This document shows, piece by piece, positions 55,521 to 64,000 of a DNA stretch of 64,000 nt. Source of the stretch: a virus; IMG/VR virus record IMGVR_UViG_3300032334_001937, positions 1 through 64,000 of that record. One strand, written 5' to 3'. The position numbers and the translations under genes are program-made. Every line of letters starts with the position of its first letter. Within the stretch, counting starts at the first letter, position 1. A model generated the notes under the pieces. That model saw only the letters and a list, made by a program, of their open reading frames with translations, was not told where the DNA came from and searched no databases.

Positions 55521-58500
55521 TACATCATCACCTTATTTGTTTTGTTATTTTGTCTTTGTACCCTATCTAATCTTACCATAATCTCATCTGCAATTTCTTT
55601 CTTATTGAGGTCTGTTCCATTAATAATAAAGTGGTTTGTCATTCCTCCATCATTATAAGTTTTATTTTGATCTGCTGGAATAATACGTTCACCCTTGTGA
55701 ACCATTGCAAGAGTATCAGCAGGTACATAATCTGTTCCAACATCATATGAAGGAATATTAAATTTAACCATTCCACCTTTAGCAAATCCAAATTTTGATT
55801 TTGCTGCATCAATTATTTTTCCAAAATTGGGTCCAGAGTAACCTATTGTTCCTTTTGAAGTTATTTCTCCTCCGCCCTGAATAATTGTATTAAATTTTTC
55901 TGGATTAAATTCAGGATAAACAGTTTTATATTGATCTGGCAAGAAAAGCTCTGCTCTTCTATTTTTAGCCATATTTGTAGCGTTTGTATTTGGTGCTAAT
56001 GGTTCATATGTTCCAAATCCTATTGGCATAAATTTTATACCCTTTGCAAATTTAGAAAGATATGATGCTGTTGCTTTTGCTCTATTTAATGAAAGCAAGT
56101 CATTATCTACTCCACCACGTGAATCTGCATGTCCTTGAACAACTATAGACTTTATGTTATTATCAATTAATTGAGAAGCTAGTTTTTGAAGTTCTAGCCT
56201 TTGTTTTTTATTTAAATCATATGAATTAGTACTAAAGTTAGATCTTATTGGCGGAACTTTAATTTTAATTATTTCTTTATGCGCTTCTTGCCAGGCAGCT
56301 GCTGGACCCATCATTGTTCCGCCTTGATAGGTAGGTTTTACTTCACCTTGGAAATTTTTGGAATAATTAGTGACTTGTCCACCTCTTGCAAACTTAGGTT
56401 TATTAATATTTTGGAATGCATTTGGTTGATTCCATCTTGGTCCAGCTGTTCCAAAATGAGGTATATGTGGTGAAGGCAATGTTCTTTTTGCTTCAAATAC
56501 ATACTCATCTAATAACTTAGAAGCACTTGGTCCAACCCACTGTTGACTTGCTCCTTCTCCAATAAAATGACCACCTTCTGCTGGTATTTTAATTGCTAAA
56601 GGATTAATTGCTTTTAAAACAAATTCTGTATAAGCAGCAACATACTGTTCTTTAGCTGTTGCATCTTTGAAGTATCCACCAAGACCAAGGTCCATTAAGT
56701 TTTTTATTCCACGGACATCTTTGCCTAATATAACTTTTGCTATAGCACCAGCCTGTCCACCTCCTGTACCTCCTTGTGTTGCTATGACTTTAGCCCAGTC
56801 TAAATTGTCAGTAAATGATTTATGCATATCTGGTATCCAGGATTGACCTACATTTAACCCCTTATCAAATTCTTTAAATGGAGCTGCTTCTGGTGAATCA
56901 TATCTTGGTTCTGGTTTTCCAGATGCCTTAATTAAATCTACTGCATTTTCTTTCCATCTTGAGGTAAAATGTGACCAAGGAGCATCTTGGGTCATAGAGT
57001 TATATCCGAATTTATCCATCCAAGCTTTTCCATTTTGCAAAGCCTTATTTGGAACTGTTTTATGTCCTACAATATCAGCCATGTCCTTAAGGCTAAGACC
57101 TCTATAGACAACTTGATCTTCTCCCATTGGTTTTCTAGTTAATAATGAATTAATTACTCCCCAATCATCTTTTTGAGCATACATTGGTTTTTGAGTATAT
57201 AAATCAAGTGCATTAATTCCACCAGGTGGGGTGTCTGTTTTTCTTGATAATTTTAATAGCTTTAGAGCATCAGCTATTGTTGTTTTTGAATTTTCTATCA
57301 TAGATGGAGCATCTTCTGGTTTTGCCCAGGTGTGGTCCTTAAAGAATTTACCACTTTCAAGATCTTTTATTTTGGTTCTATGATCTGCTATCATTTGCTG
57401 ATATTTTTTAATTGATGAAACTGTATCTTCAGAAAGCTTTGATGTTTTAACGGCTTGTGCTTCTGCAAATGCTTTATTTTGCTGTATAACTCTTTGCATT
57501 ACATAACTATTACCCATTGATGGACGATACTGAGGAAGCTTAGGAACAAAGTTATCATCCATAGCAGCATGGACAGTAACTTTAGGAACAATGGCTGATT
57601 TTGTACCCATTCCTAATTTACCTGCAAGTCCTACAGCAGGCAATACTCCAAGCACATCTGCAGCAACGCCTAAGCCTTTATGTCCAAATATTTCAGGGCT
57701 TGTATTATTTTTTAAATTAAATGCTGATGTATAGCCAGATAGACCTTGTGCAGCTAGTAACGCAATTCTATCTTTTTCTGTTTGAGAAACTGCTGACTTA
57801 TAAGAAGAAACTCTTGGGTCAATTTTTGATGCACCCATACCCATCATTCCAGATAGGTATGAGGAAAACATATTTACTGGGTTAAATCTACTAAAGAAGT
57901 TTCCGTTTTTCTTTCCAACTGGTCCACCTGTAGCAAACTTCTTTGCATTTAGTTGATCAAAGAAACCTACGCCATATTTATCAACAGCACTTGCATTAAC
58001 AACATATTCTTTATTAGATAGCATTGCTGGAATAGAATCAGATGTTGTACTTCCTGGTCCAGAAATAAAACCGCCATCTGCTTTTTTAGTTGTATTTCTA
58101 TTGACTGGCTTTCCCTTTACACTTAATGTTTGAGGATTCCATTGCTGAATCACGCCAGCACCGTCTACAGCATACTGCTTTCCATTCCATTCAAATACAT
58201 AAACAGAGTCACCAGTACTTGTTCTTGTTACTCCACTTCGTTGCTGCAATGCCTTATCAGCTGCAGCGCCAACAGTCTTACCGTCTATAGCCCGTGTAGG
58301 TGTCATAGATCCAGCACCAGACACAACTACTACTGGAAGAGGATTACTTTTATCAAAATTAAACATTCTTGATATGCGATCAAGTGCACCCTTAATGTCT
58401 ATTGTTGGGGTTGCAACTGGAGCTGGTCCAGCAGATGCAATGATGTTATCTTTTTTATCTTTATCTGCCTGTAGTTTATCAACTTCATCTTGCTTTGCAG

Positions 58501-61500
58501 CAATTTGCTTTTCTAGAGCTGTTAGTGCATTTTGATTATTATAGTCTACTGTGTTATTAGCTTGTTGTTGTCTTAGCTGTTCTGCTAAAACATAATTTCC
58601 ATGGATCTTTGCATCTAAAATTTCTGCATCAAGGCTTGCCTGTTTTTGCAAGTAATCTTGCTGATTCTTTAACTCTGCTGTTGCATCTTGCTGAGCCTGC
58701 AATTTTTTCTGAAGAACTTTAAGCTCTGCCTTTGCAATTTCTAAAGCACTCTTGCTATTTGCCTTTTCTGCTGCCTTTAGATTAGCAACCTTTGCTGCAT
58801 AGTCTGCTCTGTCTTTTGCATTTTGTTTTTGTATGTCAGCATTTGTTTTTTCAAGGTCTTTTTTAACTGCATCTAAAATCTGCTTTTGTCTTGCTTCTTC
58901 AGTTTGACCTGGAGTCATAGGAACACTTTGTGCTGCCTTCAAGAATATCTGAGCCTCAGCAAAGCTTGCACCCAATGCTCTAAGTTTTGTTAGCTGTGCA
59001 CCAAGGGCTATGTCTGATTTATTTGCTGCAATAATTAAATACTGATATGCCTGAGCTGTTCCGCCAAGAGCCTTAGATAATGCGTTGGCCATGCGGATTG
59101 CATCTTCATAAGATGTTTTTGAATCTAGAATTCTGCTTGCAACTAATAGCGCTGCATCCGCTACTCTCTTTTGCTGCTTTGTCAAACCATCATATGCAAC
59201 ATCAAGGTTTGATAATGGTCTAGCAGCATTTCTTAATTTAGATATCCATGTACCAGTTGCAGTAGTTGAATTCTTTGTGCTTGTTGTAACAGAATCTATT
59301 GCCTTCTTTAAGTACTCAGTCTTTCCAGCATATGTAAGAAGAGTTGTAATTAAGTCTTTTACCTTTGATGGATCCATTCCATTTGCTACCTGTGCAGCAA
59401 CAAACTGTCTTACTGTTCCAACAACACTGCTCTCACTGCTCATTCCCTTTAGGCTGTCAGCTACAAGCTTTAGAGGATTATCACTCTTTAACTTATTAAT
59501 TGCATTAACACGTTTTTGAAGTTCACTTAATTCTTTATTTGTATCTTTGACTGATGTTGCAAATACGTGAATCTTTGCAGTCTGATCAAGCATTGTTCCA
59601 CCGAACATGCTAATTACATCAGCACTTGCTGTATAAGTTGCTTTTACAGTTGCTTCATGCTTTCTATGCATTTCCACTAATGATGTTATTCCAGCAGTAA
59701 CAAGTCCTATTGCAGCTCCAGCTGCAGCTCCCCATACACCAAACATTGCTCCCATAGCTGCCATATTTGCTGTTGATTGAGCTAATGCTTTTCCTGTAAA
59801 CTCTGGCAAAGCACTAAGAGCCATGCTTCCAACCATAAGTCCAGCACCAGCTGCCATGCCTCTGCCACTTAAACCAAATCTAGATTTTCCAGCATCTTTT
59901 GTTTTGTTTCCATTTTCTTTTCCAGCAGCTAATTTTTCTTGTTCAGTTAATGCAGCAACAATTGGAAGTGACATTGCATTCTCTGGCATGCTTGGTCCAA
60001 TTTGAGCTGGCCCCTGTGTTCTTGTTGCTACTCTTCTTTTCTTTAGTGCCTCTTTAGCTCCAACATCTACTGACTGTACAGCTTCTACACCAATCTTTTT
60101 ACCTGCTGCTGTTACAATCTTTTCATCAGCAATCATGCCTTCTGCAAGACCACCATCAATATACTTTCCAGTACGTTTTGATGCTTGAGAGTTTGAAGCA
60201 GTTTCTGCACCCTGTGCAACTCCCTTAGTAGCTCTTCTTCCAGTTTCTATTGCAACCTTTTCTGCAAATTTTATTAAACGATCATGTGCATTTGCAATAA
60301 TTGCTTTAGTTCTTACTTCAATTTCTTTTACACTTGCTGTAATTCCTGGCATGATGTGTGCTGCTTGAGCTCCAGTATATTCTTTTAGTGAATTTTCCTG
60401 TGCTCTTTTTCTTGCACGATTTAAAGCTATTCGTTGTGAAAGATATGACTTGCGCTCTTCTGGCATGTCTTTTGGTGGTAATGTTCCTAGCTCAGGCAAA
60501 ACATCTGGCAAAGTGTTTGGAACATTTTTCATTTGAAATTCGGGCTTAGTACCAGTTTCACTTGATTTACTTGGTCTTTCACCTTTTCTAAAAGCAAAAG
60601 GATTTAATCTTACTGCAAGAGCTTGTGCTTTTTCTCTAAAATCAATATAAGATTTTCCTAAGCTTGTTCTTGGAACAGAAGATCCAGTACCGCTTCCAAC
60701 CATTGCAACAGTTCTTATATCATCTATTGCGCTATTAATTGCTGCAGCTGCTTGTTTACCGCCAATATTAATTGTTTCAGCTTCTTTTCTCATTGCTGGA
60801 ACAACAATATTTTCAAGGTCTAAATCTGTTACTAAAGTTTTTCCTGATTTTTCTAATGCACTTATAGAAGACTCTATAAGTTTTTTGCCTGCAACTTCAA
60901 AATCTTTATGTAACGTTGGATCCTCAACACTTACTCCCATTGAGTCTGCCATTACTGCAAGAAGTGGAGATGCTGCTGCACCACCAGACTGACGAAGTGA
61001 TGCAATAACATCCTGCATGCTTGCTCCAGTTGAACTTCCTAGCTGTTGGTTAATCCAATCTTGTAAATATATGGTTGCATTTCTATATGCTTTAATCTCA
61101 ATGTCTTCAAGTGGTCCTGTTGTCCCGCCCTTTAGTTTTGTTCCACGACCTGTTGGGAATCCAGGTAGGTTATCTGCAACTAAAGAATTAATTAGATCTG
61201 GATGTTTTGAAACAACTGCTGCTGGGATGATTGCTTCACCATTAGAAATTCTTGCAATGATAGAATCTGAAGTTCCAGTTCCTGGGCCAGTCACAACTCC
61301 TGGTGTTCCAGTTGCAAACTTCTTGAGGGCTGGAGCCTTCATCATTCCAGGATTGCTCATAGCAAAAGTTTTTGCTGCAACTATTGCTCTTTCATATGCC
61401 ACTCTTAATTGATTGACTGCCCCTGCTTCTACAGTAAATTGCTGAGTAAGGGTTGCATGTGCCTGCTCAAGTGAGTGTGCTGCTGCTGCAGCATCAAGCT

Positions 61501-63310
61501 GTTCGCTTGTTAAATATTGTGTTTGTTCTCCAAGATTTTGGCTTTGGCCAGTAAGTCTTTGATATCCTGTTCTTAATGTAAGGAAAAGTTTCATTATGTT
61601 TGCAACACCGTTTGCAAGCAAACCAAATGTCATCAAAAGAATTGGACCAAGACCACCAATAACTCCAGCGGTAATTGCTACAAACTTTTTAGTGCCATCA
61701 GATAAGTTATTAAACTTATCAAGTACTTTAGTAACAAAATCAATAACTGGAGTAAATGCTTTCATGAACACTTCTCCTACTGGAGCAAGAGATGCTTTAA
61801 GCTTTGCAACTGCTGCTTGAAATTTAATTAATGCAGATGCTGATGTTACACCTAATTCTTTTTCGGTAAGGCTTGCAAGATTCCCTGCTGACTGACCTGC
61901 TAAATCAAGAACTCTTGATGCCTGATTTCCTGACTGAATAACATTCTTCATCAATGTTGAAATACGTGCAAACTGGAATTTACCAAACATTGTTTCAATT
62001 GCTCTTGCTCTAGCAAGTGGATCTAATCTATCAAGTTCTTTAGCAAACTCAACAACTGTTGCCTTAAGATTACCCTTGTTTTTATTTACAATTCCATTTA
62101 TATTAATTCCCATACTTGCAAGCATTTCATTTGCTTTTTTGCTTGGGTTAATTAAAGAGGCTAAGCCAGACTTTAGTGCGTTAGCACCTTCTGATGCATT
62201 AACTCCTCCTTCTTTCATTGCAGTAAGGAAGAAAGCTAAGTCTTTTACATCTCCACCAAGTGACTGAATTACTGGAGCTACCTTTGGAATAGCTGTTGTA
62301 ATATCATCAAGAGATGTTACAGTTTGGTTTTCTACTGCGTTAAGGAAGTCAATTGTTGTAGCAAGCTCTGTTGAAGAAATCTTAAAAGCATTTTGAAGAG
62401 ATATAGTTGTTTCAAGTGCTTGCTGTTGTTCAATTTGTCCAAGGATAGCAAGCTTAGTTGCTGCATCTGTTTGTGCAATTAAGTCTGCATTCTTAAAACC
62501 TGCTGCAGCTGCTTGAGAAGCAAGCTCTACTGTCTTAGATACTTCAACGCCATACTTTGTATACCCGTCAGCAAGTGCTCTGATATTCTTTAATGCAGCT
62601 TCTGTTTCTACTTGATTAGTACCAAGATCGCCATATACTTTTCTAAATCTAATTACTTCTGTTTCTAATGTCTTAAAAGACTTGGCTGCTGCCTGACCAA
62701 ATGCAGCAAGTGGTAGAGTAAAACCAACCATAAGCTGACGACCAGCCCACTGAGTATTTTTACCAAAGTTAAGAAGACTTGTTGATCCTTGTTTTATTAA
62801 CTGATTAAAGATTGCTTGCTTTTGAGCTGCTATCTGAGTTTGTGTACTCAGATTATTCATGTCAAGAGTTAATGGTCTGATAGCAATTGCCTTCATTGCT
62901 CCAGTTGCATCACGACCCATCTTGATGTATTGGGTCTGTAATGTCTTTACACGTTCTTCGGCTACCTTGCCAATTGTGTCAAATTCACTCTTAAATGCTT
63001 TACCAAATGTTTTTGTTGCTGCCCCAGCATATCTGAAGTACTCACGCATTGAGAGCTTATTGCCCTCAAGCGATGTAGTAAATGATTCTGCTGTTGTTTT
63101 TACTGTGCGGAGTTCTGCAGAGAAAGCACCAATAGCATTTACACTATTGACAAAATTTCTCTGCAGATCCCTCTGAGCAAGTGCTGCTGCTTCACTACTT
63201 TTAGCAACAGATGAGTGAAACTGAGATATCTGACGTTGTAGGGCCTTTAGTTGGTCCAATGCTGCAGACGTATCAATATTTACGCCAATATTAGCATTTA
63301 CATCAGACAT
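55520..63310 (-). CDS. Tape measure protein (2596 aa) with embedded ADP-ribosyltransferase-like and OmpA-like domains
   Basis: TP901-type TMP core (ASEGANALKSGL), TM segments, two GPGxxTSDSI modules, YRG / SFT / xKE ART motifs, GHAD...N..LS..RA...NRR OmpA motif. Confidence 0.92.
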   Translation of the reverse strand: MSDVNANIGVNIDTSAALDQLKALQRQISQFHSSVAKSSEAAALAQRDLQRNFVNSVNAIGAFSAELRTVKTTAESFTTSLEGNKLSMREYFRYAGAATKTFGKAFKSEFDTIGKVAEERVKTLQTQYIKMGRDATGAMKAIAIRPLTLDMNNLSTQTQIAAQKQAIFNQLIKQGSTSLLNFGKNTQWAGRQLMVGFTLPLAAFGQAAAKSFKTLETEVIRFRKVYGDLGTNQVETEAALKNIRALADGYTKYGVEVSKTVELASQAAAAGFKNADLIAQTDAATKLAILGQIEQQQALETTISLQNAFKISSTELATTIDFLNAVENQTVTSLDDITTAIPKVAPVIQSLGGDVKDLAFFLTAMKEGGVNASEGANALKSGLASLINPSKKANEMLASMGININGIVNKNKGNLKATVVEFAKELDRLDPLARARAIETMFGKFQFARISTLMKNVIQSGNQASRVLDLAGQSAGNLASLTEKELGVTSASALIKFQAAVAKLKASLAPVGEVFMKAFTPVIDFVTKVLDKFNNLSDGTKKFVAITAGVIGGLGPILLMTFGLLANGVANIMKLFLTLRTGYQRLTGQSQNLGEQTQYLTSEQLDAAAAAHSLEQAHATLTQQFTVEAGAVNQLRVAYERAIVAAKTFAMSNPGMMKAPALKKFATGTPGVVTGPGTGTSDSIIARISNGEAIIPAAVVSKHPDLINSLVADNLPGFPTGRGTKLKGGTTGPLEDIEIKAYRNATIYLQDWINQQLGSSTGASMQDVIASLRQSGGAAASPLLAVMADSMGVSVEDPTLHKDFEVAGKKLIESSISALEKSGKTLVTDLDLENIVVPAMRKEAETINIGGKQAAAAINSAIDDIRTVAMVGSGTGSSVPRTSLGKSYIDFREKAQALAVRLNPFAFRKGERPSKSSETGTKPEFQMKNVPNTLPDVLPELGTLPPKDMPEERKSYLSQRIALNRARKRAQENSLKEYTGAQAAHIMPGITASVKEIEVRTKAIIANAHDRLIKFAEKVAIETGRRATKGVAQGAETASNSQASKRTGKYIDGGLAEGMIADEKIVTAAGKKIGVEAVQSVDVGAKEALKKRRVATRTQGPAQIGPSMPENAMSLPIVAALTEQEKLAAGKENGNKTKDAGKSRFGLSGRGMAAGAGLMVGSMALSALPEFTGKALAQSTANMAAMGAMFGVWGAAAGAAIGLVTAGITSLVEMHRKHEATVKATYTASADVISMFGGTMLDQTAKIHVFATSVKDTNKELSELQKRVNAINKLKSDNPLKLVADSLKGMSSESSVVGTVRQFVAAQVANGMDPSKVKDLITTLLTYAGKTEYLKKAIDSVTTSTKNSTTATGTWISKLRNAARPLSNLDVAYDGLTKQQKRVADAALLVASRILDSKTSYEDAIRMANALSKALGGTAQAYQYLIIAANKSDIALGAQLTKLRALGASFAEAQIFLKAAQSVPMTPGQTEEARQKQILDAVKKDLEKTNADIQKQNAKDRADYAAKVANLKAAEKANSKSALEIAKAELKVLQKKLQAQQDATAELKNQQDYLQKQASLDAEILDAKIHGNYVLAEQLRQQQANNTVDYNNQNALTALEKQIAAKQDEVDKLQADKDKKDNIIASAGPAPVATPTIDIKGALDRISRMFNFDKSNPLPVVVVSGAGSMTPTRAIDGKTVGAAADKALQQRSGVTRTSTGDSVYVFEWNGKQYAVDGAGVIQQWNPQTLSVKGKPVNRNTTKKADGGFISGPGSTTSDSIPAMLSNKEYVVNASAVDKYGVGFFDQLNAKKFATGGPVGKKNGNFFSRFNPVNMFSSYLSGMMGMGASKIDPRVSSYKSAVSQTEKDRIALLAAQGLSGYTSAFNLKNNTSPEIFGHKGLGVAADVLGVLPAVGLAGKLGMGTKSAIVPKVTVHAAMDDNFVPKLPQYRPSMGNSYVMQRVIQQNKAFAEAQAVKTSKLSEDTVSSIKKYQQMIADHRTKIKDLESGKFFKDHTWAKPEDAPSMIENSKTTIADALKLLKLSRKTDTPPGGINALDLYTQKPMYAQKDDWGVINSLLTRKPMGEDQVVYRGLSLKDMADIVGHKTVPNKALQNGKAWMDKFGYNSMTQDAPWSHFTSRWKENAVDLIKASGKPEPRYDSPEAAPFKEFDKGLNVGQSWIPDMHKSFTDNLDWAKVIATQGGTGGGQAGAIAKVILGKDVRGIKNLMDLGLGGYFKDATAKEQYVAAYTEFVLKAINPLAIKIPAEGGHFIGEGASQQWVGPSASKLLDEYVFEAKRTLPSPHIPHFGTAGPRWNQPNAFQNINKPKFARGGQVTNYSKNFQGEVKPTYQGGTMMGPAAAWQEAHKEIIKIKVPPIRSNFSTNSYDLNKKQRLELQKLASQLIDNNIKSIVVQGHADSRGGVDNDLLSLNRAKATASYLSKFAKGIKFMPIGFGTYEPLAPNTNATNMAKNRRAELFLPDQYKTVYPEFNPEKFNTIIQGGGEITSKGTIGYSGPNFGKIIDAAKSKFGFAKGGMVKFNIPSYDVGTDYVPADTLAMVHKGERIIPADQNKTYNDGGMTNHFIINGTDLNKKEIADEIMVRLDRVQRQNNKTNKVMM

Positions 63311-63332
63311 GTATCACCTCTTTTAAGTTTTA

Positions 63333-63653
63333 TTATTCAGCTGGTAAAACGTTGACCAGTGAACCAAGCTCAATGCCTGATGCTGCTTCAACAATTTTAT
63401 AAACAGTTGGAAGGTCAAGAATTTCTTCCAATGTTGCCAAATCTTTTGCCAGTTCTGGCTTGTACTGCTCCATAGCAATTTGAACACACTCAATCAAAAT
63501 ATTCATTGATTTTTCGTTGTTGTCTGCGACAGTAGCTATACCCTCAAACTTCTTCATAAATGGGCGGAGCAAAGAAATTTTTAGAGGCTTAACCTCAATC
63601 TTTGTACCGTCCATAAGAATAAGTTCATTACCCTCATGTACTTTCGTTGCCAT
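63333..63653 (-). CDS. Tail assembly chaperone
   Basis: Immediately upstream of the TMP; AGGAGG SD; own TGCTATAAT. Confidence 0.7.
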   Translation of the reverse strand: MATKVHEGNELILMDGTKIEVKPLKISLLRPFMKKFEGIATVADNNEKSMNILIECVQIAMEQYKPELAKDLATLEEILDLPTVYKIVEAASGIELGSLVNVLPAE

Positions 63654-63684
63654 TATTTTATTCCTCCTATATAGGCTTAGTCAA

Positions 63685-64000
63685 TTATAGCATAGCGGAG
63701 GGGTCTCTAGCGTCTTCATAATCAAGACCAAGACCAATACCAAACCCTGCTTTCTGTGCATTTACTCCTTGTAAAGCAAGAACATCATTACTATCAGAAG
63801 TTGCCCCACCACTAAATACTCTAGCCTTCATATCTTCCCATTGCTTTTGACCTTGCTCTTGTTCACCTTCAAGATCAACCCCTTGCATTGCTGCTAAAAA
63901 TTTCTTTTCTTCATAGTCTAATTCTCTTTTACTTGCTAGGGTTGCCAATAACTCTGGCATAGATAAAGATAATTCTAGTTCATGATAATCTTTCCATATA
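63685..64000 (-). CDS. Tail assembly chaperone-like protein, 5' truncated by the window edge
   Basis: Frame open to the edge (IWKDYHELELSLSMPELL...). Confidence 0.6.
   Translation of the reverse strand, partial: IWKDYHELELSLSMPELLATLASKRELDYEEKKFLAAMQGVDLEGEQEQGQKQWEDMKARVFSGGATSDSNDVLALQGVNAQKAGFGIGLGLDYEDARDPSAML

Noticed and set aside
1-64000. Stop-codon reassignment
   Set aside because: Dense coding under the standard code, all three stops are used, and there is no suppressor tRNA.

Overview
A 64 kb segment of a large, AT-rich tailed dsDNA phage (siphovirus-like, long tape measure), most likely infecting low-GC freshwater Actinobacteria. The host call is inferred from WhiB, other actinobacterial-type genes and leaderless promoters. 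1-12.1 kb is a mostly + strand accessory region: six or seven 2OG-Fe(II) oxygenases across the window (most of them here), a glutathione peroxidase-like protein, four tRNAs, two SGNH-like proteins, a NodU/CmcH carbamoyltransferase and Dps. From 12.1 kb to the end everything is on the - strand. In coordinate order: glycan-modification genes, WhiB, thioredoxin, a secreted nuclease, an LLM monooxygenase, endolysin, Hsp20, two proteases, two large exported proteins, terminase, recombination/replication genes (RuvC-like, Cas4-like, RecA, DnaE, SSB, primase, DnaB) and the tail module. The most striking observation is the 2596-aa tape measure protein. It looks like a modular polyprotein: repeated FAxGG motifs bracket a putative R-S-E ADP-ribosyltransferase toxin domain (preceded by a pre-toxin-like helical hairpin) and an OmpA-type peptidoglycan-binding domain. 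Other observations: a ROSE-like RNA thermometer before hsp20 and an H-type pseudoknot after it, tRNAs with compensatory changes in conserved elbow pairs, a probable AUC start codon, systematic leaderless promoters on accessory genes, and a PP(Y/F/T)F-repeat tail fibre that may be the substrate of the oxygenase/glycosyltransferase set. All family assignments are by eye from motifs; no searches were run.
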